Source of the DNA: a virus
Taxonomy: Duplodnaviria > Caudoviricetes
IMG/VR virus record: IMGVR_UViG_3300001472_000143
Coordinates: 1-26,150 of that record
Length of the DNA stretch: 26,150 nt
Direction: 5' to 3' (one strand)
A program made the translations under genes and the position numbers. How positions within the stretch are numbered: position 1 is the first letter of the stretch; each line of letters opens with the position of its first letter. The notes below the pieces were generated by a model. That model searched no databases. It had not been told where the DNA came from and saw nothing but the letters and a program-made list of their open reading frames with translations. Positions 8,410 through 18,180 of the stretch are shown here, piece after piece.

Positions 8410-9471
8410 ATGGCAATAAACGTAAACACGGTATATACAACAGTGCTTAGTATACTAAATAAAGAACAAAGAGGGTATATGACACCTGCTGAGTTTAATA
8501 GAATAGCTACGCAAGTACAATTAGAAGTATTTGAAAAGTTTTTTGAAGATTATAACCAATATACACGTATGCCAAAAACAGATGTAGAATTTGCTTCGCG
8601 AATGGACCATATTTACGAAGAGTTTCAAACATTTATGAATAGTGCTGGCGCTAGTGCTATAGGTACTCCTTCCAGCGAATTAAGTTTTACAAATGTAACA
8701 GCTTATTCAGAACCTACAGATACACATCGTATGGGCTCTATATTATATAACGCTAGTGTTAATAGACCAGAAATAGAACTAGTAAATAAAAGAGAATTTA
8801 CACAACAAATACTCTCCCCCTTAACAAAGCCTACTATTAATTTTCCTATAGGCGTATATCAACAAAATAAAATAACGGTTTATCCAGGAACAGTATCAAC
8901 TCCAGCCACTTCAGATGTATTGTTTAATTACATTAGAAAACCTTTAGATCCTAAATGGGGTTATATTACTGGATCAGTTGGTCAATATGTTTATGATCCT
9001 AATCCTCAATTTTCTTTAGTACCAAGTAGAGATATTATATCTAGTGTATCAACAAATTCAACAGGTATTACTAATGCTACTTATACTGCTACCGTAGGTA
9101 CAACTAATGGTGTTTCTACTGATGGAACTGGCACTGGCCTTACATTAAGCATAGTCGTTGCAGGAAATACTATTACGTCTGTAGTAGTAAACTCTGGAGC
9201 TGTTGGTCAAGGATTTAAGTCAGGAGATTCAATTACTGTAACTTCTGCTTTATTAACCAACGCCAACAATTCTGTAGTTATAAAAATACAAGATGTAGAT
9301 ATAAACTCTGCTAATGTAGCTTTATCTCAACAATTTGAAATAAGTGATAGTCAACAAACAGAAGTTATATTAGAAATATTAAAATACGCTGGATTAGTAA
9401 TACGAGATCCACAAGTTATTCAAGCAGCTTCTCAAGAGCTAGCTCAAGAAGAAGTAAATACAAAAAGATAA
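8410..9471 (+). CDS. Head-tail adaptor/ring protein 1
   Basis: N-terminal helices (ILNKEQRGYMTPAEFNRIA), the motif FNYIRKPLDPKW and a C-terminal helix (EVILEILKYAGLVIRD) fit podovirus/crAss-like ring proteins. It carries an insert at ~9031-9309. Confidence 0.65.
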   Translation: MAINVNTVYTTVLSILNKEQRGYMTPAEFNRIATQVQLEVFEKFFEDYNQYTRMPKTDVEFASRMDHIYEEFQTFMNSAGASAIGTPSSELSFTNVTAYSEPTDTHRMGSILYNASVNRPEIELVNKREFTQQILSPLTKPTINFPIGVYQQNKITVYPGTVSTPATSDVLFNYIRKPLDPKWGYITGSVGQYVYDPNPQFSLVPSRDIISSVSTNSTGITNATYTATVGTTNGVSTDGTGTGLTLSIVVAGNTITSVVVNSGAVGQGFKSGDSITVTSALLTNANNSVVIKIQDVDINSANVALSQQFEISDSQQTEVILEILKYAGLVIRDPQVIQAASQELAQEEVNTKR

Positions 9472-9477
9472 TAAAAT

Positions 9478-10896
9478 ATGGGACTAATAAAACAAACAGC
9501 GTCACAATACTATGATGGAGAAGTAATATATACTCCAGCGGCTGCTAATAACTCTAATGTTTTAACATGGCCTAACTCAATGACTCCACTAATATGGGAT
9601 GCTACCGCTACTCAAACTTCTATAAATAATTACAAATTTTATGTAGATAATGTTGAGCAAACAAAAGATACTTCACCTTATTTTTTAACAGAGAGTTTAT
9701 CTACAACCATAGTTAATGGAGTGCAAACTCAATTATTAACTCTTACTTCAGCTGTTGAAGTAACATCTATTGCTCAAGCGCAAGCAGGTAGTGGTTACAA
9801 TGTTAATGTTATTGCTAAAACAACTGGAGGTAATGGAACTGGATTAAGTGTATTAACAAACAGTACTGATGGTAATGGAACTATATATGAAGCAGGTTCT
9901 GGTTATCAAAATGGAGATGTTGTTACAGTTACAGGTGGTAATGGTGCTGCTCAATTTACTTTAACAACTACTCAAACTCCAGTACCAGCTGGTTCAGATA
10001 TAGCTGTTAGACTTATTAATACTTCTTTATGGGATAATTACAAGAGTTACCAATATACTAGCTTAGTAGATGTTGTAAATAATTTTATTGTAGCATACGT
10101 AGGTATGGATAAGTTGATACCTAGAGTAAAAAGATCTGATGTTGTGTTCCACGCTAAAAGAGGTTTGCAAGAATTTAGCTATGATACTTTAAGAAGTGTT
10201 AAGTCTCAAGAGCTAACTATACCGCCGAGTTTATCACTTGTTTTACCACAGGACTATGTAAACTATGTTCAATTATCTTGGATAGATAGAGCAGGCGTAA
10301 AGCATATAATATACCCAACTACTTTAACTAGTAATCCTCAACAAGTTCCTTTACAAGATGACAAAGGTATACCTACTCAAGATATATATGGAAACAATTT
10401 AAAAGCTACTCAATCACTAACTAACGATAGGTGGAGATCTGAAAATCAAAATGATTTAAGTGGACAATTTGATCTTAACGCACAGTCTAATCCAGGCGTT
10501 TATGATTGGGCTTGGTGGAAGATGGCCTATGGTCAAAGATACGGGTTAAATCCTGAAATATCACAAACTAACGGTTGGTTTACAATAGACGAAAGAAGAG
10601 GCGTATTTGCTTTTAGTAGTAATTTAGCTAATAAGCTTATAATACTAGAATACATATCAGATGGATTAGCTTACGATGAAGATACTAAAATACCTAAACT
10701 AGCAGAAGAAGCTTTATATATGTACATACTATATAATATAGTGGCTTCAAGATCTAATTTTCCAGAATATATAGTAAATAGGTATAAAAAAGAAAAAAGT
10801 TCTAAATTAAGAAATGCAAAAATAAGGTTAAGTAATATAAAGCTAGATGAATTTACTCAAGTAATGCGCGGTAAATCTAAATGGATTAAAAATTAA
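9478..10896 (+). CDS. Head-tail adaptor/ring protein 2 (tail tubular protein A-like) with N-terminal extension
   Basis: The C-terminal ~280 aa contain LPQDYVNYV, LEYISDGL and IPKLAEEALYMYI, typical of gatekeeper/ring proteins. It sits directly upstream of the nozzle gene. Confidence 0.65.
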   Translation: MGLIKQTASQYYDGEVIYTPAAANNSNVLTWPNSMTPLIWDATATQTSINNYKFYVDNVEQTKDTSPYFLTESLSTTIVNGVQTQLLTLTSAVEVTSIAQAQAGSGYNVNVIAKTTGGNGTGLSVLTNSTDGNGTIYEAGSGYQNGDVVTVTGGNGAAQFTLTTTQTPVPAGSDIAVRLINTSLWDNYKSYQYTSLVDVVNNFIVAYVGMDKLIPRVKRSDVVFHAKRGLQEFSYDTLRSVKSQELTIPPSLSLVLPQDYVNYVQLSWIDRAGVKHIIYPTTLTSNPQQVPLQDDKGIPTQDIYGNNLKATQSLTNDRWRSENQNDLSGQFDLNAQSNPGVYDWAWWKMAYGQRYGLNPEISQTNGWFTIDERRGVFAFSSNLANKLIILEYISDGLAYDEDTKIPKLAEEALYMYILYNIVASRSNFPEYIVNRYKKEKSSKLRNAKIRLSNIKLDEFTQVMRGKSKWIKN

Positions 10897-10898
10897 AT

Positions 10899-13800
10899 AT
10901 GCCAGAAATTAAAAATACGTTCTTGCAGTCTAAGATGAATAAAGATCTTGACTCAAGAATTATACCAAATGGACAATACAGAGATGCTCAGAATATTAAT
11001 ATAAATAAATCTGAAGGTGATGATGTTGGTGCTATTGAAAACATATTAGGCAATATACAAATAACTAATTTTGGATTCACTGATACTACTACAGAAATAA
11101 TTGGTAAATATTTTGATAATATAAATGAAAGGATATACGTATTTATTACTAACTATAACGATAGTTCTTTAGATAGACTTTCTAATAGTAGTGCATCTTA
11201 TGCTAATAATGATCTTTCTAGCTCAACGGTAGGTGTTAATTCTGCTTTAGCTTATTATGATTTAGTTACAAATAGTTATGGTATACTATTATTTGGATCA
11301 TGGTTAAACTTTTCTAAAACACATGAAATACTAAATGTTACTTTATTAGAAAATTTACTTTATTGGACTGACAATAGAAATCAACCTAGAAAAATAAACA
11401 TTGATAGAGCTTCTTCAGCTCAGTATGACTTAACAATAGCAGGCTATAATAATCCTTACTACACGAATGAAGATCAAATTTCAGTAGCTAAATATTATCC
11501 ATATAAATCTGTTCAAGTAGTTCAAAACAATACCGTCACAGGTACTACAGTAACTACACCAGGATCAGGATATGATGAGGTTTTAGTTCCTCAAGCTATA
11601 ACACAAGCTGCTGGTCAAATAACAACATCAGGCTCTGGAACTGGATTAGAAGGTGTTTTAGAACTAATAGATCCTAGCACTGGTGCTTTACAATATTTTA
11701 GAATAACTAATGGTGGTAGTGGCTATGTTAATGGTGATACAATAAATATATTACCCTCAACTGGAACAGGTGTTTGCACGGTTACAGTTACAGCAACCGC
11801 AGGAATGAGAAGTAAATCTATAGAGTTATTACCAAACGCCTTTGCTATACGATTTCAAAGTACCGGACTTAAAGCTGCTGGAACTTCTATATCTATAAAT
11901 CCTGGAACTGGCACAGGTGCTATATCATGGCTACCTCAATGGGTTAATGCTATTATAAACATAAGAGTTGGACCCACTGCAACGGTAACAGCTGGCACTT
12001 TTATTACTTCTGCTACAACTAGCGCCATAACACTTAGCCAACCTATTACAGTTGTTTCTACAGATGACGTGTACAATGTAGGAGTAAATCCTGATTACGA
12101 TGTTAATTACGAAGGTGACAGAGATTTTTTAAAAGATAAATTTGTAAAATTTGCTTATAGATTTAAATTTGATGATAATGAATACTCTTTAATATCGCCA
12201 TTTACTCAAGAGTGTTTTGTACCTAATCAAGATGGTTATTTTTTAAGTGGAGATCAAGCTAGTACTTTTGATAGTACAATAGTAGACTTTATGGAAAATA
12301 AAATTGATTTTGTTCAATTTAGAATACCTGCACCTGACAAACTAGACGGAACATCAATGAATTGGTCAGAAGCTAATAGCTTACTTAAAATACAGTCTTT
12401 AGATATTATATACACAGATTCTGATGGTGTTGCTTTAAAAGTAGTAGATACATTAACTCAAGAGCAAATATTAAACAATAATGATGGAACTACATATCTA
12501 TATAGCTATAAGTCAAGAAAACCTATTAGAACATTACCTGAGAAAGATTTAACTAGAGTATCAGATAAAGTACCCGCAAGAGCTCAAACTCAAGAAACTG
12601 TAGGTAATAGAATAATCTACGCTAATTACACAGCAAATTTAGGAAGGCCTGAAAACTTAGATTATAGTGTACAAGTTTCAGATAAAATAGCAGCAAACGA
12701 TCCTGCAACAGGTCTTGCTACTCCTAAAACATTACAAATAGAATACCCTAATAGTAACGTTAAGCAGAATAGAACTTATCAAGTGGGTGTTGTTCTTTGC
12801 GATAGATATGGTAGACAATCAGATGTGATATTATCATCTAATGATGCTGACGCTGTGTTGAGTGGTTATGGTGGCTCTACATATTATCATGAATATTTTA
12901 CTGAAAATGATCCATTAAGTACTTTTGTAGGTAGTGCAAGAACAGATATTTGGGATGGTGATAGTTTAAAAGTACTATTTAACCAAGTGATACCATCAAC
13001 TTCTCCAGTTGAAGGTTATGCAGGCTTATACAATACTAATGGAAGTAATCCAATTGGGTGGTATAGCTATAAAATAGTCGTAAAACAACAAGAACAAGAA
13101 TATTACAATGCTTATTTACCTGGTATACTAAACGGTTATCCTATATCTATTAGTCCAGGTTTTGAAAATATTGCTTACGCAGGGGTATTTAGTATTAATA
13201 CAGCTCATGCTGTAATCATTGGTGATAATATAAATAAGGTACCTAGAAATTTACAAGAAGTAGGTCCAGAAGATAAAGAATTTTCATCAGATGTAAACTT
13301 TTTTACTAGAGTAACTCAAACAAACTTTTATAATGGAACAGCTGCATCTAGTCAATATTATCCAAATGTTAGTCCTGATTCAGTATCTGTTATAGGTACT
13401 TATACAGATTTAAAATTAAGTAGAACAAATCCTCAGGACTCTACTGGTGGTGTAGACTGGACAACTATAGTTAATGGAAATAGTAAAGGTGATTTAAATT
13501 CTTTAAGTCCTTTTTATAATATTCCAGGCAATAATTTTCCAGGAGTTGCAGGGACTCCTACGGTGTCTGATGCTCAAGTTCCTTTTGAGTCTGGTAATAA
13601 TCAATTAATAGCTAGATTATCTACTAGAAAATTGACTGGTATAATAGGTGGTATGAATAGCACAGGTAATTTTAGCCCCTGGAGTGGTGGTACAAACGGA
13701 ACAAATAATGTTTTATGGTATCAAAACCCAGGTCTTTCTATTATAGAAACAGAGCCTGTGACTTCTGCGTTAGATATATATTATGAAACTTCCACTAGCC

Positions 13801-15236
13801 AATCAATATCTCAATTAAACGCTTTTATAATATCAGGTGATATTGCTACTCCAGCAAGCGTGCAGCCATTAAATTTCTTTTATCCAGAATCTTTAGGCCC
13901 AGGCGCAGATGTAACATCTGATTTTTATCCTTTAGCTCCAGATAATACAACTGTTTTAAATAATTCTACTACAACTCTAACATTATTATCTGCTACTAAC
14001 TCTTCTGGATTAGTAAATTATTTTGAGGTTATTAGAAACGCAGATAATAGTTTTAAATTAAGAACTAGACCTGGTGTTTATAATTGGTTTAAAGCTAATA
14101 GCTGGTCAAGTGATAATTTTACATTTAATTTTAGATGTACAAACACTGTTGCAGGAGTTGTTAAAACAGGTGATTTTACTATTACACCTCCTAATTTATT
14201 AAGTAATGTACAGCCTGGTTGGATAGATAATGGTGGTAGCACTGCTAATCCACCAGTGCAAGGTAGCACACCTTACGGTGCAAGCGTTTTAACTTCTCAA
14301 ACAGGATTTGACACGACTTATGCTCAACATTCAGGAACTTCTTCAAGTGCTCCTAATACAGCCACTTCACCAGATCCTTTTCCTAGCAATTTAGCATTAC
14401 AAACAAACGGAAATATATATCAAGCTGCTGTAGCTTTAAACGGCTTCAATGGTAGCGCTGGTGGTGGTACTGGCGGTGCTCCTCTTCTTATTAAAAACCA
14501 ATTAAAATGGATCGTAAAGAAAACAGAATTTTACTGGGAAGGAAAACCAGGTGGTGCAGATTGGGAAGTTTATAATCCTTCGTCGGCTGACTTAGGTGCT
14601 AATGGGTATAGTTATTTAAACAATAATCCAGGCTCTAATCAGATTACAGTTAACGGGCAGTATGTTAATTTAGATTTTGCGTCAAGTCAAACTAGCGCAG
14701 TATACGGAGGAACTGGAGGTGGTGGAGATTTTACAGACACTAACACAAAAGGATCTGGAATAACTATGAGTAGTCCTCCTACTGATACAACAACATACCC
14801 AGGAGTACCAGCTCAAGTTTATTCTAACATATCTGAAACTGTTTTTCATAGGTTAAGAGCTTTAAATGTATCTGGTTCAATTTTAGCTCCTGATTTTAAT
14901 AATGGTCCTGGTAATCCAGTTGTAAATTGGGATGGAAGTGGTGGAACTAGTAATAGTATAAAACTATATGTTTATCCAGCTTATGCAGTTGGTGGGTTTT
15001 CTGCAACAAACGCTAGTATTGTTTCTGGTTGGAAACAAATGCAAACAGTTGCAGGTAGTTTAAATGATACGCAATATAAGGTTACTTTAGAAGTGGCCGA
15101 TATAAACGATACATCAGGTGCTTTAACTAGGGAAATACAATTAACTTTCTTTGTTACTCCTTCTAGTGAAGTTACTTCAGGGTTTTTACCAGTAACAGGT
15201 CCACCTAGTGGCGGAGGTCCAGGTGGTCAAAGGTAA
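10899..15236 (+). CDS. Tail stabilisation/nozzle ('muzzle'-like) protein, N-terminal part with large insertions
   Basis: 1445 aa. The N-terminus MPEIKNTFLQSKMNKDLDSRIIPNGQYRDAQN and motifs LYWTDNRNQPRKINI, FAYRFKFDDNEYS, GNRIIYANY and YQVGVVLCDRYGRQS are characteristic of P22 gp10/T7 gp12/crAss-like stabilisation proteins. Confidence 0.75.
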   Translation: MPEIKNTFLQSKMNKDLDSRIIPNGQYRDAQNININKSEGDDVGAIENILGNIQITNFGFTDTTTEIIGKYFDNINERIYVFITNYNDSSLDRLSNSSASYANNDLSSSTVGVNSALAYYDLVTNSYGILLFGSWLNFSKTHEILNVTLLENLLYWTDNRNQPRKINIDRASSAQYDLTIAGYNNPYYTNEDQISVAKYYPYKSVQVVQNNTVTGTTVTTPGSGYDEVLVPQAITQAAGQITTSGSGTGLEGVLELIDPSTGALQYFRITNGGSGYVNGDTINILPSTGTGVCTVTVTATAGMRSKSIELLPNAFAIRFQSTGLKAAGTSISINPGTGTGAISWLPQWVNAIINIRVGPTATVTAGTFITSATTSAITLSQPITVVSTDDVYNVGVNPDYDVNYEGDRDFLKDKFVKFAYRFKFDDNEYSLISPFTQECFVPNQDGYFLSGDQASTFDSTIVDFMENKIDFVQFRIPAPDKLDGTSMNWSEANSLLKIQSLDIIYTDSDGVALKVVDTLTQEQILNNNDGTTYLYSYKSRKPIRTLPEKDLTRVSDKVPARAQTQETVGNRIIYANYTANLGRPENLDYSVQVSDKIAANDPATGLATPKTLQIEYPNSNVKQNRTYQVGVVLCDRYGRQSDVILSSNDADAVLSGYGGSTYYHEYFTENDPLSTFVGSARTDIWDGDSLKVLFNQVIPSTSPVEGYAGLYNTNGSNPIGWYSYKIVVKQQEQEYYNAYLPGILNGYPISISPGFENIAYAGVFSINTAHAVIIGDNINKVPRNLQEVGPEDKEFSSDVNFFTRVTQTNFYNGTAASSQYYPNVSPDSVSVIGTYTDLKLSRTNPQDSTGGVDWTTIVNGNSKGDLNSLSPFYNIPGNNFPGVAGTPTVSDAQVPFESGNNQLIARLSTRKLTGIIGGMNSTGNFSPWSGGTNGTNNVLWYQNPGLSIIETEPVTSALDIYYETSTSQSISQLNAFIISGDIATPASVQPLNFFYPESLGPGADVTSDFYPLAPDNTTVLNNSTTTLTLLSATNSSGLVNYFEVIRNADNSFKLRTRPGVYNWFKANSWSSDNFTFNFRCTNTVAGVVKTGDFTITPPNLLSNVQPGWIDNGGSTANPPVQGSTPYGASVLTSQTGFDTTYAQHSGTSSSAPNTATSPDPFPSNLALQTNGNIYQAAVALNGFNGSAGGGTGGAPLLIKNQLKWIVKKTEFYWEGKPGGADWEVYNPSSADLGANGYSYLNNNPGSNQITVNGQYVNLDFASSQTSAVYGGTGGGGDFTDTNTKGSGITMSSPPTDTTTYPGVPAQVYSNISETVFHRLRALNVSGSILAPDFNNGPGNPVVNWDGSGGTSNSIKLYVYPAYAVGGFSATNASIVSGWKQMQTVAGSLNDTQYKVTLEVADINDTSGALTREIQLTFFVTPSSEVTSGFLPVTGPPSGGGPGGQR

Positions 15237-15270
15237 TTAGTAATATAATTAAAAAATAAGTGATAATATA

Positions 15271-16920
15271 ATGGGAGCAATAGTAGAAGTAGCATATTTT
15301 AATTCTTATGTATTAAAGTCTATAGGAATTGGTAGAACAACAACCGATGAAGGCTTGACTTATACAACAGGAGGTTTTGGTACTTGGCCAGGTCTACCAT
15401 GGAATCCACCTAATTACCCTACTTTTCCTATAGAAGCTAGTGCTCAAACTGTTGAACAGTATGAATACTACGTTGAAGAAGCTAGAATAAGAGGTGGTTA
15501 TAATAATACATCTACTGGGTTTGGACCCAGAGCTTATGTGGCCGAACAAGGTGACAATGCTCAAATATTTACAAATAGTTTAATATACTCAGGTATATTT
15601 AATTCTAAAACTGATGTAAACGAAACTAATGTATTTTCTGTAGCAGAATCTATTACTAGATCTGTTGATCCAAAATACGGTGCTATACAGTTTATACATG
15701 CTAGAGATACTGATCTAACTATATTTCAAACAGCCAAGGTAAGTAGATTATTAATAGACAAAGATGCTATATACTCAGCAGAAGGAACATCGACTATAAC
15801 AACAGCTCAAGCCGTGATAGGTACGTTAACGCCTTATGAAGGCGATTATGGCATAAGTACTCAACCAGAGTCTTTTGCTTATTATGGATTTAGAAGATAT
15901 TTTTCTGATGTTAATCGAGGTGCTATTATGAGGCTGTCTAGAGATGGTTTAACAGAAATATCCCAATATGGTATGTCTGACTATTTTAGAGATCAATTAT
16001 CAGCTTTAAATAATGAATTTAAAACTTTTAGTTTTACAGGCAATGTGACTGTTGCTGGAACTCAAGTAACTTTTGCCAGTAATTCTAGCTTTTTAGAAGT
16101 AGGTATGCAAATATTGTTTAATACTGGAGAAGTATCTTTAATAGCTTCTCTAGACTTAGCAAACAATAGATGTAATGTTTTGTCTAGTTTAACTGGGGCC
16201 AATCCCACTTCTGCTACAGTAACTAAACAAGTAGTTGACAAAATTCAAGGATCTTGGGATGCTCATAGTAAAAACTATATATTATCAATACAACCAGCAA
16301 AAACAACTCCTACTCAATTAGATGCTTATCAAACTATAAACTTTGATGACGGAATTAAAGGTTGGGTTAGCTTTTTTACTTACAAACCAACTCAAGCTTA
16401 TAGTTTAAAAAATGTTTACTATAGTTTTCAAGGTAGCACATTGTGGAGACATTACTCAGATATACCTGGTAGAAACTCTTTTTATGGAACTACTCAAAAG
16501 TCTAGTATAGAGTTCGTGTTTAATACTCAACCATCTTCTAAGAAAGTTTTTCAAACTATAAACTATGAAGGTTATAATGGTTGGGAAGTTGCAAGTTTTG
16601 TTTCAGACGAAACTGGTCCTGATTCAGGACAATTCTATACAGATACTACTAATTCTATAAAAAGTTATAGCGAAGGAGAATATACTAATAGTGTTACTGG
16701 AGAAATAGAAAGAGCTGGTTTCACTAGAAAAGAAAACTTATATACCGCTAACTTAATAAATAAATCTACTGCAATGCCAGGAGAGGTTATCTTTGGTGAC
16801 TTCATGACTGGTATTAAAGGTTATTTTGCAGTTGTAAAATTACAAACAGATTCCACTACCGATGTAAGCGGTGTGAAGGAATTATTTTCTGTAGGTTCTA
16901 AATACGTACCTTCATCTTAA
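15271..16920 (+). CDS. Tail stabilisation/nozzle protein, C-terminal beta-propeller part
   Basis: 549 aa. The motifs DPKYGAIQFIH, YGISTQPESFAYYG, YFSDVNRGAIMRLSRDGLTEISQYGMSDYF, GWVSFFTY and KVFQTINYEG normally occur in the C-terminal half of this family. Confidence 0.72.
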   Translation: MGAIVEVAYFNSYVLKSIGIGRTTTDEGLTYTTGGFGTWPGLPWNPPNYPTFPIEASAQTVEQYEYYVEEARIRGGYNNTSTGFGPRAYVAEQGDNAQIFTNSLIYSGIFNSKTDVNETNVFSVAESITRSVDPKYGAIQFIHARDTDLTIFQTAKVSRLLIDKDAIYSAEGTSTITTAQAVIGTLTPYEGDYGISTQPESFAYYGFRRYFSDVNRGAIMRLSRDGLTEISQYGMSDYFRDQLSALNNEFKTFSFTGNVTVAGTQVTFASNSSFLEVGMQILFNTGEVSLIASLDLANNRCNVLSSLTGANPTSATVTKQVVDKIQGSWDAHSKNYILSIQPAKTTPTQLDAYQTINFDDGIKGWVSFFTYKPTQAYSLKNVYYSFQGSTLWRHYSDIPGRNSFYGTTQKSSIEFVFNTQPSSKKVFQTINYEGYNGWEVASFVSDETGPDSGQFYTDTTNSIKSYSEGEYTNSVTGEIERAGFTRKENLYTANLINKSTAMPGEVIFGDFMTGIKGYFAVVKLQTDSTTDVSGVKELFSVGSKYVPSS

Positions 16921-16928
16921 ATTTAATC

Positions 16929-17519
16929 ATGGAAGAAATAAACGATCAGATAAAAAATAATCCAATAACTAAAGAGCAAGCTAAAAAACAGTTTATTGAA
17001 AAGACTAAAGAGTTAAACTTAAAGCATGCTTTTACATTTGATGAGGCTTGGGAAATAGGGCAAGAGTTAAGAAAAAAACAAGAATTTAGAAATAAAATGG
17101 AGTTGATTAGTGAAAAATTTAAAAACTCAGATCATTTTATAACAGGTGAAGATGCTAATAAATTAAATCCACTAAAACATAGTTTTGCAGATGGTTGTTA
17201 TATTAGAGAAATATTTAACCCTGCTGGTCAGTTAATATTAACTAAAATACATAAAAAGAAACATCCGTTTTTTTTAATACAAGGTGAAATGATAGTTCTT
17301 ACAGAGGAAGGTATTAAAACTCTTAAAGCACCTCACTACGGAATTACTGAACCAGGTACACAAAGAGTTATTTACTCTAAAACAGATTGCACGTTTGTTA
17401 CTGTACACGCTACAGACAAGACAGATATAAAGGAAATAGAAAAAGAAGTTATAGCTGAAGATTATAATGATCCAGAAATAACTTTAGATCAAATTAATTT
17501 AATAAAAAAACATATATGA
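16929..17519 (+). CDS. Cupin-fold (double-stranded beta-helix) protein
   Basis: The segment LKHSFADGCYIREIFNPAGQLILTKIHKKKHPFFLIQGEM...APHYGITEPGTQRVIYS...FVTVH follows the two-motif cupin pattern. The TGA stop overlaps the next ATG (ATGA at 17516-17519). Confidence 0.7.
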   Translation: MEEINDQIKNNPITKEQAKKQFIEKTKELNLKHAFTFDEAWEIGQELRKKQEFRNKMELISEKFKNSDHFITGEDANKLNPLKHSFADGCYIREIFNPAGQLILTKIHKKKHPFFLIQGEMIVLTEEGIKTLKAPHYGITEPGTQRVIYSKTDCTFVTVHATDKTDIKEIEKEVIAEDYNDPEITLDQINLIKKHI

Positions 17520-18169
17520 GTTTTATAGCAGGATCACTTTTGATAGGCGCTGGATTATCAGCAGCTACAGGAATATATGCACAGAGCAAAGCTAATAATG
17601 CTAAGACTGCTGCAATAGGTTTACAACAAAGTATAACTAGACTAGAAAATCAAAGACCTCCTATAGTAGATCCATACTCCGGTATTGAGGATTTAAGCGG
17701 TATGCTTTCAAATCCTTATGCTAATTTAGGCGTAGCTACAAATGCAGCAGAAATGAAAATAGAGCAAGCTGATATATCTTTGGCTAATACTTTAGATACT
17801 GTAAGAGCTGGAGGATTTGGTGCTGGTGGTGCTACTGCATTAGCTATGGCAGCTGCTAAAAGTAAACAAGGTGTTGTTGCTGATATTGAACAACAAGAAG
17901 CTTCAAATGAAAAACTTAAGGCACAAGGAGAGCAACAGCTTCAACAGAAGTTAATGTCTGAAAAAATGAGAGTACAAGAAGCAGAAGTTTCAGGAGCTAA
18001 ATATGTTTTCGAACAAAAAGATGCTAGAAAAATGCAACAACTAAATAGGGCTCAAGCAGCTTATGATCAAAATCAAGCTCAACAAATGCAATATCAAGCA
18101 GATGCAATGTCTGCTTTTACCGGCGCTGCGACTGGAGCTACGGCTGGTCTAGGCGAGTATTTTAGTTAA
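17516..18169 (+). CDS. Small internal virion/ejection protein (T7 gp14/P22 gp7-like position)
   Basis: 217 aa with Gly/Ala-rich hydrophobic N-terminal, central and C-terminal segments separated by Gln-rich coiled coils. It is the first of three progressively larger genes after the nozzle. Confidence 0.65.
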   Translation: MSFIAGSLLIGAGLSAATGIYAQSKANNAKTAAIGLQQSITRLENQRPPIVDPYSGIEDLSGMLSNPYANLGVATNAAEMKIEQADISLANTLDTVRAGGFGAGGATALAMAAAKSKQGVVADIEQQEASNEKLKAQGEQQLQQKLMSEKMRVQEAEVSGAKYVFEQKDARKMQQLNRAQAAYDQNQAQQMQYQADAMSAFTGAATGATAGLGEYFS

Positions 18170-18180
18170 AATAATAAATT

